A stretch of DNA of 64,000 nucleotides from Octopus sinensis. Its lineage: Eukaryota. Below the pieces are notes generated by a model. The model did not search any database, was not told where the DNA came from, and worked only from the letters and a program-made list of their open reading frames with translations. Positions within the stretch are counted from its first letter, which is position 1. Each line of letters opens with the position of its first letter. Both the position numbers and the translations under genes were made by a program. The stretch spans positions 17,484,001-17,548,000 of the forward strand of contig NC_043016.1 of assembly GCF_006345805.1 (NCBI RefSeq), written 5' to 3'. This document shows positions 24,880-37,999 of this stretch, piece by piece.

Positions 24880-26700
24880 CTCTGAAACGCCTAAAGAATC
24901 AAATAACTACACTGGGTGTCACAGCTCCAAACATCATCCGAGAAGCCAGGAAAATGTTGGCCGATACAGCCATGACAGCTCACCCAAAGTCCAATGTTCC
25001 GCTTTGTTTGTTAATGGACACATTCAGGGTCCAGAGTAAGAGAGTAGATGCGTCCAAAATTATTAGTGGACATTGGTCGGCAATACCACTTATTCTTCTA
25101 TAAGCACCTGCAACCAGCAGAAACAAAGCGAAGTAGTTTTGAGTGAGTAATTTTTGTCAGCTTACCTCGGAAATGAATTTTTTCCTCTGTCAACTGGAAC
25201 GCTGTGTTTCTCCATTTACATGAATCACAAACCTCTTGAGTTTGTTTTGAGATCTAGATCTAACCGTAACTCTTCGCGAGAGGGTGGTATAAACACCGCA
25301 GCTGATGCTCATTCTCGTATTCACATAATTACCCTACACGCTTCTGCTTTCGTTATTTACCACAAATTGCAGCTGTCCCGCCACAGGATGAAGAAATACA
25401 ACGTTTACGGAATTCTTTGTCATTTCGGCTTCTACCTCTTCTCTCGTCTACGAGATACATTTGATATATCCTGAGTATCACTAAAGTATCAACATGCAGT
25501 TTTCAACACACTACTCTATTTTTTACAAGTAAGTTGATATTGGATTGATTTCTTTGGGCCTACATCAAAAAAGATACTTGGAAATGGGTTTGGAAGTGCA
25601 TCACTTGTCAGAAGACTAAAGTCCTTTCAAACTGTTAGATCACTGCTTGGCTCTCTCGCAGCACTTGATGCGCATTTTCAGCTTTTCGATATAGCAGTCA
25701 TTGACCTGCATTGATCGGTTCTCTATCACAAAAGAAACAATTACCAAAGCATTGAGTCCACATCCGATTGCACGATTCAGCATGCTTTTTGCAATCCCGA
25801 TGGTCGGTTCGAATCTAGCCACTTCAACGAACTGACATGTCGCCTGGGCTGCAAATGGATACGCACAATCTCTTATCACCCTTTCGTCAATGATATACTT
25901 GAGCTTTTCCTTCAAATTTGCTCTCAAAGTGTGCATCGACGGTAGTAGTTGGCTTAAAATAATTACCTTTGGTTTTAATGCTTTTTACTGTTATGAATAG
26001 AGTCGTTTATCCAGCAACCAAACATGTGTATAATAATACTTTCTACAATAGGCACAAGGCCTAGTGTAGAAAGGGCGTTAGTCAATTACATCGACCTTAC
26101 TAATCAACTGGTACTTATTTCATCGATCCGGGAAGGATGAAAGACAAAGTCGATCTCGGCGGAATTTGAATTCAGAATGCGAAGACAGACGATATACCGC
26201 CGAGTCCGGCGTGCTAACGATTATGCCAGATTGCCGCCTTAAAGTTGTGTATAATAATACTTTGACAACATATGGCTGAAGATTGTGCCTGTCCCTTTTC
26301 AGAATGTTCCCGATCCAACGATTTATGTACATCGACTTCGAACCTACATGTCCAGTCGCTTCTTGATCACAAACAATTATCACTCATGTATGAACCAACA
26401 ATCAACAATGGTCACATGTCTCTGTCCGCAATGATGAGATTCAAAAGCCACTGCGATCACATATTCAAAGTGCTTCAGACAACATCCAAGTACTTCGATG
26501 TTGATGCATGCGGGAAATATCTATCACAGCTTAGATGAACTGAAGTAATCCTATTTGAAAAGCAATCAGACATCTGAAACATCTCATCAGGTTATTTCTA
26601 CTCCATCATGTCATTCCTCTACTCCTAATTCTTCACCTGCATCTACAGAAACCGGACGCTTTGTTAGTCTGCAATAAGTGTAATGTAACTTATTAGACGC
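24880..26700 (+). mobile_element. Ty3/Gypsy pol relic (RNase H - integrase), degraded
   Basis: Translated fragments HPKSNVPL, IYMNHKPLEFVLRSRS..SSRE, NTAADAHSRI, IKKDTWKWVWKCITCQKTKV, LTCIDRFS, GRFESSHFNELTCRLGCKWIRTISYHPFVND, DPTIYVHRLRTYM and HVSVRND..KPL..FKVLQ occur in canonical pol order. Confidence 0.8.
26043..26245 (-). mobile_element. SINE family A inserted in the Gypsy relic, 18-bp flanking direct repeat
   Basis: TGTGTATAATAATACTTT at 26025-26042 and 26246-26263. Confidence 0.8.
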
Positions 26701-26865
26701 CAGTATCGCCAGTTAGGTAAGCTTTCAACAATTGCGGTCGATTCCTTCCGAATAAGTGCAACAAATCAACTTTTAGGATGCCCTCCTCGTGATGATGTTT
26801 CTGCTAGAGCAATGTCTGAAATGATGGTCTCAACTGCAAACAGAGTGGAGTCGTCAATATCATAT

Positions 26866-26886
26866 TGTAAATCTACGTCCCTTTAG

Positions 26887-26959
<73 letters not shown>

Positions 26960-26996
26960 GCTGCTGCTGCTACTGCTGCTGCTGCTGCTACTGCTG

Positions 26997-27095
<99 letters not shown>
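26866..27095. repeat. (TAC)n-(TGC)n-(TAC)n compound trinucleotide repeat
   Basis: Direct inspection. Confidence 0.95.
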
Positions 27096-28035
27096 AGAGG
27101 AGCACCGATCAGGAAATTGTCAGTAGCTGCTTCCCAAGTTATTTTTTCTTTCGTTGGGGGTGACTGCAGAAAACGTCCAGCAAGAAATGCTATATCAGTT
27201 AAGAAAAAAAAAAAAAAGAAAAAATAGAAACCATTTTACGGATGTGCATCAGCTAATTAACCAGTCTTCAGCGTATTAGTTTATTCCTGTGGAATTTTCC
27301 AATTTTACAGTAGCATCTTTTGTTTCACGCACTCATTAATAATCACTAACAACAAACTTTAGTTGAGATAATGGAAAAAGCTCTGGCAATATTGCTAAGC
27401 GCACAAGCAACGCCGTGATGACAACAAGACAGCTTAGTTCCAGAATTGTAGAAATATGTGAAGCTGGCATTCGGTATGTTGGACATTTCGTACAAATAAC
27501 AGTCACTGTTAGTTATACAGTCTCTGCTCAAAGTTATACTTAGAGCTTCACGTTACACTTAGAGTTATGATTCAGTATTGCTCAGAGGCGTTGAAGTTTT
27601 ATGAACCTAAAGCTTCTCTAGTGTTGCAAACTTTTCTTACGTGAAGACTCATCCGGTAACACCTTTCACTTTAAACCAAAACCCACGAATATGACAAAAA
27701 ACAAAGCCCCCACCCAAAAGCAAAAACACATGTACTCGAAAATGTTTCTGTGGACGATTGCAAATTTGTGAAATAAAAAGTAAACTATTTAATCAAAGAA
27801 AGTTTAGAGAACCGTGTAACTCATTGTCGAGAGCTTTGTCATCGATTCTCGGCAGTTTTCAACTCTTACACTCTCCATAAAGCTTTGTCCAGTGCTTGTC
27901 ATTGACGAGTTAATATCTCATCAATGTCTAAGCATTAATTTTTATTTGATGCATTTAAGAATTTTAAAATAAGTCTTTCTATAAAGTTATCTAAGAGCAG
28001 TTGTTATATGTATCATCCCTTGGGGTTTGGTGTGG

Positions 28036-28669
28036 GAAATGAAGATGAAGAAAGTACAGGAGCGAGAGATAAAGAGAAAGGGAGAGAGAGAAGGAGAGTA
28101 AGAGGGAAGAGAAAGAGAGAGGAAGGTGGGGGAGTATACTGAGTTGATTAAAGAGTTGATGGGAAATGAATGGAGGAAAAATTGTGAATGGTGGAAGTCG
28201 GGTACAGTGGCTTTGCAGACTTCACTGTACCCAACTTCACTGATTTGGGCTTTGGGTGTAGTTGGCGATGAAGGAACGGCTGAGTTGGATTTATTTGGGG
28301 CTGTAGAACTTGGTTTTTGTTGTTTTGTGAAGTTAGCAAGCAGCACCAGAAAATGAACTGCGTCGGGTGGATGAATGCAGAGTCGGTCAGTGAAATAAAG
28401 TTCTAAACAGGCGAAGGCACCTGGCTTGGTGGTCAGGGTATTAGGTTCACGGTCGTATGGTTGTCAGTTCGTTTTCTGGTGCTGCAAAGCCACTCTACCC
28501 GACTTGCACCATTCAAAATTTCCCTCCATTCATTTCCCTTCAACTCTTTAATCAACTCTGCATACTTCCCCCCCCCATCTTTCTCTCTCTTTCTCTTCTC
28601 TCTTACTCTCCCTCTCTCTCTCCCCTCTCTCTTTATCTCTCGCTCGTGTACTTCCTTCATCTTCATCTC
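28036..28669. repeat. Diverged inverted repeat pair (28036-28218 and 28482-28669)
   Basis: The arms are reverse complements with scattered mismatches. 28341-28361 additionally matches 28465-28485. Confidence 0.85.
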
Positions 28670-28862
28670 CTGGTGGAACGGTGTGTCCTTGAGCAAGAGA
28701 CATTGCTCCAGTCCATTCAGCTGCTGAATCTCCCCCAGAACTGCATTAAGGGTACATGTGTCTGTGGAGTGCTCAACCACTTGCTCTATAATTTCACGAG
28801 CAGGTTGTTCTGTTGATCGAAAAAACTGGAACACACATCGCCATAACCGACGGAGAGTCAGT
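28410..28862 (+). mobile_element. tRNA-derived SINE family C (V-domain-like) interrupted by ~200 bp
   Basis: A-box TGGCTTGGTGG at 28422. The body resumes at ~28670 with GTGTGTCCTTGAGCAAGAGACATTGCTCCAG and ends ...ACCGACGGAG. Confidence 0.65.
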
Positions 28863-30792
28863 TTTTTTCAGTACTAAACATACAAATGATCCTCAGGTGT
28901 TGGCAGCGAGGAGCTTGGCTGTTGATACTTCATTAGAGAACATCAGCACGCTCGATATGAAGCAAGTCTAACATTAACTAGAACGATTAAAGACATTTCT
29001 TACATTACTTTGGAACATTTGTATTGCTGATCGAGACTTCAATGAGGCATTACGCACGTTGTTGGCATGTTTACGAAGAGTAAAGTACCAAATAATAATA
29101 TCGAATAACCTTAATTAAGGCGATGAATTGGCAGGGTCATTAGATCGTCGGGTAGAATACCCCACAGTATTTATTCCGACCCACTGCTCTCTAAGCTTAA
29201 ACTCTGACTCACTTTCGACTTAGCCTTCTATTCTGTTTGTGATCGATAAAAAGTATCATGTCAGATCAGTGAATTAGGTGGTTTAGTGGAATTTTAAAGC
29301 AAGATTCTTTCGTTAAATCCATCCAGCTCTTTGCATTCTGAAAGCAACTCTTATAACGGTGCTGTCTCAACTCAAGTCATCAACCTCTTTATTGGATAAA
29401 CATTGGTGGTGTGAGAGCGGGAGATTTCCATGCATGACCAACTCCCAGTCTTCCTCAAAATAATTTTCCTCAGGCCTGTATATACCTGTGTAGATGTGTG
29501 GTCAGCCTTGACCGATAGAGGACCTTCAAATTCTTAATTATACATACTTGCATTTAGATAGCGTTATTGTATGAGGTCACCTTTTTGATGGTTATGATAG
29601 AAATTTAAAGGCATTTCTGTATTGATTAAAATATGCCAATGAATACAGCTTTGGTAAAAAGAAGCATCGATTTCATTGCTTGCCGAATTCAATATCACAA
29701 AATAACATCAAAACTCAATAGATTGTTTCATTTTAAATGCCTTAAAATTCCGACTTTTAAAGAAAAAAGAAAAAAAGGAACTTGGACAAATAATCGAATT
29801 GTTGGTTAGTTTATCACAGGAACTGGGAAGCTCAATCTTAATAAAATGTACTAATTTTGCCATTCCTCAAGAAACTGTTACTGCTTCCGAAACTATCAAA
29901 ATCAATATTTTTAAAGAGAACTCGGTAGAAAGAGTTTCCGATTCTCATAAAAATCATCTCGTAGACGCTTACACCTGTAGGACTTGTTCAAATTGTCTCA
30001 TTAATTCTCGAACGCCAGTCACCATTGATGCACGTTTCAGTGTTGATATTGATGTTAATGGACAGCTGCGATAATTATAGATCTTTCCCTTTTCTATTTT
30101 CGACATTTTGCTCACCTATTTTATACCAAAATAGTAAAAGAACATGAAATTATTATTATATTAATTTACCTAGATGAAGTTTGTCATTGACAAAGTTGAC
30201 AAGTGAAACACTACTAGCCGAAGAATCAGCGGTTGCTATTCCGTTTACGGATGCCTATGTCAACGGTTAGGATATATGATTTACGCTGATTCAATAAGCC
30301 TGGCTGAAAATAGTTCCTCTGCACTTTAAGATCCAGTTCCTTAACAAGGGAAATACCACCAGGAAATACCAAGATATATAAACAAACAAAAAAATATGTT
30401 GTTAAGTAAACGATAATGGAAATGCATTGACCAGAATGAAATAAATCTGTGTATATAAAGTTTGTGAGTTCAGATTCATGATCTCTTGTCACAAGATGAA
30501 CAAATATAAATTCTTATTCAAAACTAGCAGAGATTGCCAACAAAGTCTAGTTATATATGTATCAAAGTAATACCTGAAAGATCAATGTGAGTTAATGAAG
30601 ATATCATCGTCAAGCCAACACAATCAAAGGCTCGCTTGTTGGCACATGCGTGCACACAAACATACATAACATCGCGTAGTGTGATTCGAGAGAAATTTGG
30701 TTGCTATTTCTAACGTTTTGGAATACAAAATAGAGGCTGCGTACTTGGCTGCAATTTTAGGGGGTATTAGAATGCTATATGTAATTTTAGCA

Positions 30793-30852
<60 letters not shown>

Positions 30853-30882
30853 GCGAGAAAGAAGCAACAAGAATGGATAGGT

Positions 30883-30973
30883 TTTTAGTACGATCGTTTC
30901 ATACAAGGACAGGTTTTATTAAAAGTTGCAAAGATTACAGCATATAAACGAGTCCCGTACTCATCAGCTAAAA
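30883..30973 (-). ncRNA. Intact type I hammerhead ribozyme (long loop II)
   Basis: Exact reverse complement of 32240-32330. Confidence 0.85.
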
Positions 30974-32239
30974 TACATGTAAGTTCTCAATTGAGGCTTT
31001 ATTTAATTTCAAACTCACAATTTTTAAATTCTTAATTTTAAATCTTAATTGTAATATTTAATTTTAATTCCTAACTTAATCTAATTTAAGTAGCATAACT
31101 CTAATAAATTATAATTAGTTACTGTAGCCCCATAATTCTATTTCATAATTAAATAAATAAGGCTATTCCCTCGGTGATAATATGATTATCTTCATTAGGA
31201 TAGACAATCCCCTAACACCTTGTAAATGATCTTATAAGATTTGACCTGTAGTCGGTCAATGTATGAATAATAACGACAACTCCTTAAGACAATAAAATGA
31301 ATAAATTAAATAAGTAAATTTTTAATGACTTTTTGATAAGATTATACTTAGATTTTCCTAATGTATTTTCTGGTGATTTTAGCATCTGACCCCTTAACCC
31401 CTGACTGTGTTATCTCTTTAGATTCTCTTTAAACTCATAGCTGATTTCAACAGCAATAAATTAACGGTTTACTGGTCAAAGAATAATAATATTCCCCTCC
31501 AGTCCCCAGATGCCTGTTGATTAAAACCAGACTTACAGTCTACTAGCTCTTCTGTATAACTAGAACCCTCTTTTTCTTTTTCTTTTTCTTTTTTCCCTTC
31601 TTTCCCTATTCCTTTCTCTTTTCTCTTTCTTCTTTTTCTTCTTCTTATTCTCTGTTCCCTTTTCTCTTCTCTTTTAGTCCCCCTTTCCCCCTCCTTTTTT
31701 GCTCCCTCCTCCATTATTTTCTCTCTTTTCTTCTATTCCCTTCTCTATTCTTGGCCGATCTAGTAAGCCCTTCAACCTTTAAGAGTTAAATAGCTGCAGC
31801 CTCTTGTGAATAGCAGTAATGTGATTAATATGGCAAACACCTAATCATATAACAAGGATTGGTACCTACCTCATTGTGTTCAACCATTGTAAAATTTATC
31901 GCCTGTGAATATGAAATTCATCTCCATTTCTCTGGAAATTTACATCTACACCATTGGAATCTGTGCATATATACAAAGGATTAATTCACCCTCTCTGTAA
32001 TGCTAATAACAATGGATAAATTTGTCTTCTGTGAGTATATAATCCCTCATCATATCTATGGAAATTCATATGGATTAGGTCACCTTCTCTGTGATGCTAC
32101 CAAAACTTTTTTAAAATTCTGTGATAAGACTATGCATCATCTTTAAGAACTTTAATGAACTTTAGAAATCTGTTTAATTATCTACATTACTTCATGAGTA
32201 TAGCCTCAAACACTAGGATGTCTAGAGAACTTACATGTA

Positions 32240-32330
32240 TTTTAGCTGATGAGTACGGGACTCGTTTATATGCTGTAATCTTTGCAACTTTTAATAAAAC
32301 CTGTCCTTGTATGAAACGATCGTACTAAAA
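32240..32330 (+). ncRNA. Intact type I hammerhead ribozyme (long loop II)
   Basis: TTTTAG-CTGATGA-GTACGGGAC...GTCCTTGTAT-GAAA-CGATCG-TA-CTAAAA. GUA triplet, palindromic stem III. Confidence 0.85.
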
Positions 32331-32598
32331 ACCTATCCATTCTTGTTGCTTCTTTCTCGCTTATAATCACCCCACATTACTGTATTGTTAAATCAGTATA
32401 GTTTTTTTTTTGGTGCATCTAAGTTAGGTACCATATTCAAGTAAATTTTTTAAATTAACTTGAATCTTTATTGCTCTTTGTATATATATTATATATTATA
32501 TATATATATATATATATATGTATATACACATATATATATATTTCTAAACATGTAAATGCACACACACATATACGTACATGTGTGTGTGCGTGTATATA

Positions 32599-32666
<68 letters not shown>

Positions 32667-32898
32667 TTCACCCCTATTTCTATAAATGGAAAATATCTTT
32701 TGTTTCTTTTCAACTGATTATACTTCCCAACCTTCTAGCAGTTCAAAATAACTTAATGAATATTCTTCAGTCAGAAGATAAACTCTACTACCTTAATGTT
32801 CTTAAAATTTAAATCGACATCTTTGTCTATATATCTACCTTCTCTATAATGTTATCAATTAATATGAAAATTATGTATTAATGGAAAACCTCTATAAA

Positions 32899-32982
32899 TG
32901 GCTGATGATTGCTCAACATTTTAGAACTGTTGTAATACTTACAATATTTAATAAAATGATGTAGCGTGAAACGATCGTACCA
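32899..32982 (+). ncRNA. Near-intact type I hammerhead ribozyme (related family)
   Basis: TGG-CTGATGA-TTGCTCAACATTTTA...TAAAATGATGTAGCGT-GAAA-CGATCG-TA-CCA. The 10.1/11.1 pair is a U-U mismatch and stem I is short. Confidence 0.68.
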
Positions 32983-33118
32983 AATTACCAAAGCTATTCT
33001 TGTTGCTTATTTTGATAGATATATATATGTAGCACTGCTTGGTGCTAACATTCCGCTACGCACATAATTACACACACACACATACATACATACATACATA
33101 CATACATACATACATACA

Positions 33119-33151
<33 letters not shown>

Positions 33152-33164
33152 GTATATATATATA

Positions 33165-33221
<57 letters not shown>

Positions 33222-33224
<3 letters not shown>

Positions 33225-33790
33225 TGACATGCAGGAAGTAAATAGACACCTTTAATTTTCAAAATCTTTTATTTAAAACGCAAAATGAACAATTGAAATG
33301 TAATCGATAGGTAGGACTACATACTTTAGTATTTAGTTAACATTCCCTTTGCAGTTTTTAATTCAGAAACTCTTTTTGGCATTGGACTGATGAGCTTTGT
33401 GATTGTCTCTCGTGAAATTTCTGCCCACTTTTCACGCAACAATCGAAACAATTCATCTTTAGATTTAGGTTTCTGTCGAGTTTTTCGTATAGCTCTATCT
33501 AGTATGCTCCAAAGATTTTCAAATGGGTTAATGTCAGGAGATTGGTTTGGCCAAGGAAGCTTTTTAATCCCATTTTCAGTCAACCATTGTTGATTCCTTT
33601 TCGCTGTGTGGCATGGAACCCCATCTTCCATGAATAAAAACTCATTTTTCATTATTTTATCGTGTGAATACATCGGAAGTAGTCCTTGCTTAAGTATTTC
33701 GTTGATTTTATTAATTACATAGCATAGCATAAGAAAATAAGTAAAAACAGATTTAAATTATTTCTTATTAAAAAATTTGACTGTCGAAAC
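33222..33790 (-). mobile_element. Tc1-like DNA transposon 3' part (DD34E transposase C-terminus)
   Basis: ORF 33326-33730 contains FMEDGVPCHTAK...WPNQSPDINPFENLW, with 34 residues between D and E. A TIR-like CACTGACATGCAGGAAGTAAATAGACACC starts at 33222 next to (TA)n. Confidence 0.85.
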
Positions 33791-34353
33791 TTCCGATAAG
33801 GCATTTACCTGAGATAAAATAATATCATAGAATATTTTAGCGTGAGTTTTCTGTTTCAACTTTATTCACTAAACCCCTCTTTAATTTCCAGCGAGCGCCT
33901 AATTTGCAGAATCAAGAGAACGACGGAGAAAATACCTTTTCTGCATATAGTTACATTTATTCATGTAGTGAGTTGGAATCTGGATATGACCAGCTTTGGA
34001 TTTCATTCTCTTGGAATCGATAAAAGAGAAGCAGTAAGTATTAGGGGCAATATAATCGACTTCAAGCTTCTTACAAATACAATACCATGAGCCTATAATC
34101 CTTTCTTCGAAAGGCATACGGTCAGAAATTTTAGAGGAAGCGGGCTAGTTGATTTCATCGACCCCAGTGCGCGATTGGTGCTTATTTTATCAACCAAGAA
34201 GGCTCGACGGTATTTTATCTCAGAACGTTAAGCCAGACAAAAAAAAATTAGAAAAATAAATGCTGCTAAGTACTTCGACCGGAGTGGTAACAATTCTGCC
34301 TGTTCACCGCGTTACCTCGAGTTGATTAGAGAAATAGATTTTCATTATGTTCC

Positions 34354-34425
34354 GAGCTTCCCTCAGTGTCTTATTTGGAGCTTCACTCGGTGTCTTGTTT
34401 GGAGCTCCAATCAGGACCTTATTTG
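34354..34425. repeat. 24-bp minisatellite, three copies
   Basis: GAGCTTCCCTCAGTGTCTTATTTG / GAGCTTCACTCGGTGTCTTGTTTG / GAGCTCCAATCAGGACCTTATTTG. Confidence 0.8.
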
Positions 34426-36336
34426 GATTGTTACCAGATATTAATGTAGTGGTTCCTTTTATAAGATCATAATATAAATCCCTTATTCCCAGGTGGCACA
34501 TTCTTTCTTTTGCGCTATTTAAGTTGATTTTTAAAAAAAATAACATATTATAACGATATTCGATGAAATGAATAATTCTTGTCTTGCAGAAACTACCAAT
34601 TAAAAAAAAATCTTTTATAGGTTTCCTTGAAAAAATATTCTTGAGAATAAGTTTGAACTAAAAATAACACGTTTTATTACACTTACACAGTCACTGATAG
34701 AGAATCATTAAATATGTTTTGAAAAACATCTTTTCATTTGAAGTTTGAGGATTATGGAAAGTAGTATTCAAAGTTTAGTTAGAAATTAAACGAAAAATTC
34801 GATATTTGAAATTTATCAATGAATATATTATAATATAGTGAGAAAAGCTGTTAAACATCAAACTATTGATCATGTTGGTTAGCTTCTCCCTTGAGAGTAC
34901 GCGAGAGATTTCTAACTGAACCAGACATGGAATATAACTGAACTACATTTAGAATTATGGTTGGTATATACAAGCTAGAAATAATCTGAATAGTCCTTAT
35001 ATACAAAAGAAGATTGAATGCTATTCTCAAAAATTAGCTGATAGAACCCTGTCCAATTTAGCAATGATATCCAAAAGACTGACCTTTCTTCTGATTCTTG
35101 TCCGTGGTAAAGCCTTCTGTGTCTGTTCAGAAGATGACGTTTCGCAAATACGGGTAGAAAATACCCTGTTTTGATTTTATTCTTATTAAACAGTTTGCAT
35201 TCCTGCAGAACTATTGTTGTTGATGCAGTTTAAACCCAGGTCAATTCCACTCGAATAGTGCAGAGCTATGAGCAAAGCGTTTCAACTACGAGTATTCCGT
35301 ATTTTATTCCGATTAGAATTACATTATACGACGTGTTGCTGCCATTGTTTTCAGATAGGACGGCGTGATTTGAGGAAAATATGGCTGTTATTTTAAAAAG
35401 TAGAATGACCCATAGAGGCTATGTCATAGATGCGTTTACCCACAGTTTATTACTCACTAGACTGTCTACTTTATTATTGATATTTATTTCCGTAGGTGAC
35501 TGAAAACATGTGATTTACGTGTTTGAAAGTTGTGCTGTTTAAGAATCTAGACTGGACTGAGTTCACAGATATTTGACAATGGAGGTTGAGTTGCCCAGCA
35601 CCCTTTGAGATTATTTCTCTGTTGAGAATTTTCAGAAAGAGTTGCGGATGTTAGCGTGTTTGGGGATTAATTTAACACCTGCCAAGAGCATAGTTCAAAT
35701 ACATACAACTGAGCAAACTAAGCTAAATGCACCTGTTGGCCATGAAATGGTATTACCATCCAAATGTATTATCGATTTCTAGGTCCTTTTCCCCCCTTAA
35801 GTTTAAAAAAAAAATGTTAATTTAATAGCTAAGTCAAAGAAGAGCAGTGCTATTTGATTATTTTTCGAAAAACAGAAAAACAGCTATTCCCATACTGGAC
35901 TCACGGCCCAAATACCTGCAACAGAGCAGACTTCGTTTAAGGCATACAATACAACAGGTGGGTACTATAAATCGGATAACGAATTAAGTTTGCTATTCGG
36001 CAAACATATGGGCAAATTTCTAGTTGAACTAGAGGGCACCATTCTCTCCGGATTAAGCATGTAGCCTCAAAGACTTTGATTTCCATCCCTTTGCTGCCGG
36101 TTTATTGTGTTCTCACAGCATGAAGCTAGCGGTTTCTCAAATTTAAATACTGTGTATATTAAAAGATATTTATCTCTCACTAGATTGAATAACTTTTTGT
36201 TGATCCCACCACAAATGGAACAGAAAATTATGGGTTTACAGTTGAGAAGTTGGCATCGGAACCGCATGGTTTCGGGTTCAGTTCTACCGTGCGCCATTTT
36301 GGACAAGTGGACTTTCTTACTTGCACCACACGTCTA

Positions 36337-36557
36337 CGAGGGCGTGCTGAAAAGTTCCTGGATTTAAGAGTATCGCGAAAATCCTGATTGGAGGTCAAAC
36401 CTTCCGGGTTCTTTTACAGGGCTTAGAAAAACTGAAGGACCACTGCAATAAGAGTGTGAATCCGAGAGGAGGGGAATCTGTTGAATAAAATCATTATTAA
36501 CTGATCCTTTTGCATTTTCTTTCTACCCATAACTAGGAACTTTTCAGCACTCACTCG
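36337..36557 (+). mobile_element. Mariner-derived MITE
   Basis: TA|CGAGGGCGTGCTGAAAAGTTCCTGG ... CTAGGAACTTTTCAGCACTCACTCG TIRs. The interior retains a transposase C-terminal remnant (GLEKLKDHCNK..VE*). Confidence 0.8.
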
Positions 36558-36579
36558 TTCCTGTGTGTGTCCACACGGT

Positions 36580-36793
36580 ACTCTTTTACTCTTTTACTTG
36601 TTTCAGGCATTTGACTGTGGCCATGCTGGAGCACCGCCTTTAGTCGAGCAAATCGACCCCGGGACTTATTCTTTGTAAGCCTAGTACTTATTCTATCGGT
36701 CTCTTTTGCCGAACCGCTAAGTGACGGGGACGTAAACACACCAGCATCGGTTGTCAAGCAATGCTAGGGGGACAAACACAGACACACAAACAT

Positions 36794-36830
<37 letters not shown>

Positions 36831-37001
36831 CATATATACGACAGGCTTCTTTCAGTTTCCGTCTACCAAATCCACTCACAAGGCATTGGTCGGCCCGGGG
36901 CTATAGCAGACGACACTTGCCCAAGATGCCACGCAGTGGGACTGAACCCGGAACCATGTGGCTGGTAAGCAAGCTACTTACCACACAGCCACTCCTGCGC
37001 C
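36580..37001 (-). mobile_element. tRNA-derived SINE family B, full length
   Basis: Aligns by eye with 398-772 over its length, with a (AAAAGAGT)n tail. Confidence 0.85.
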
Positions 37002-37029
37002 CACAGCAGGATACAACTTCGAAATAACT

Positions 37030-37340
37030 TTGCAGTCTTCGAGAGATAGCAAACACTTATTGATCCATATAAATTGCATATGACTGTACTGCGAAGTTGA
37101 GGAAGAGTTAAGAGTCTAAGTACTACCAATATTCTTGGTTATTATCTCTTGTAAGCCATCTCCCAACAAACTGAAGTACGACCCTGTATGTCACAATAGG
37201 ACGCACCGGTTTCGTTTTTTGCATCGCCTCTATCTCATTCTTAAGTACGAGACACCTTTACATGTGCCATGTTTTGGACAATGTCAACAGAAACCGATGT
37301 TCTACTAATCGGCGGCCAGACATTCTGACGGTTAAATTAA
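37030..37340 (-). pseudogene. Possible PLE RT relic
   Basis: Minus-strand PVRPIVTY....GRWLT resembles the PLE P.RPIV....Y.LAKWL motif. Confidence 0.35.
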
Positions 37341-37999
37341 GGGTACATAGAAAAGCTTTCTATTTTTTCTTTTACAAAATAGAGCTAACTTAGTCTCTTC
37401 TTTGTCAGTTCTCGGATGCATTTCAAAAGCAAGACAGCACTGCTTCTAGTAATAAACCTTAGCCTCTTTTCTTTTTCTTTTCTGAGATCCTCTGTGTCTC
37501 CAAGATCTTACTGGCAATGCTAGCAAAACTGCTGCCATTGCTATTAACACTGTTAACAATAATGATTTTTTTGTCTATAATTTGTTAAAACTTGAATGTA
37601 TGTTGTGTCTACTGATGGGACAAGAAGAAAACTGAGGGAAGCCATTTACTTGATCAAGAGAATATGTAATTTAGAGTTTTAGCCCCAACCCCCACCCCAA
37701 AAGACTCATCGAACAGATTTTATCACATTTTGCAGATTTTTCGCTATCAATGTTCTGTTAATTTCTGGCGTGGTTTTTCCCAAACATTGTTCAGTGATTT
37801 TACCTTCCAGCCATATTATATAAATTCACCCATTTTTCTTTGGCCTGTGCTGAGAATAGGCACCAACACTCGAGCTGAGCGCATCACTCTCACTCACATT
37901 TTAACAAATTTACTCCCCTCCCACTGCTCCATGCCAACTTCCACTTCAAGTAGAACTTGAAAAACCAGGAAGGGTTTGGTCGAAGAGGAAAATGTCTGC

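Larger units (their letters stand above)
30853..32360 (-). mobile_element. Decayed or non-autonomous PLE bounded by identical 136-bp inverted repeats
   Basis: 30853-30988 is the exact reverse complement of 32225-32360, and each arm contains an HHR. The AT-rich interior has only faint GIY-YIG-like traces and no intact ORF. Confidence 0.7.

Noticed and set aside
26950-27035. CAG/CTG tract as a polyQ or polyA coding exon
   Set aside because: It is embedded symmetrically in (TAC)n with no flanking coding sequence or splice sites.
35110-35165. GACGTTTCG as an antisense hammerhead
   Set aside because: The matching CUGANGA core and stem II are absent.
35480-35720. Possible host exon after TTTATTTCCGTAG acceptor
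   Set aside because: No sustained open frame or convincing donor site, so it is unsupported without RNA data.
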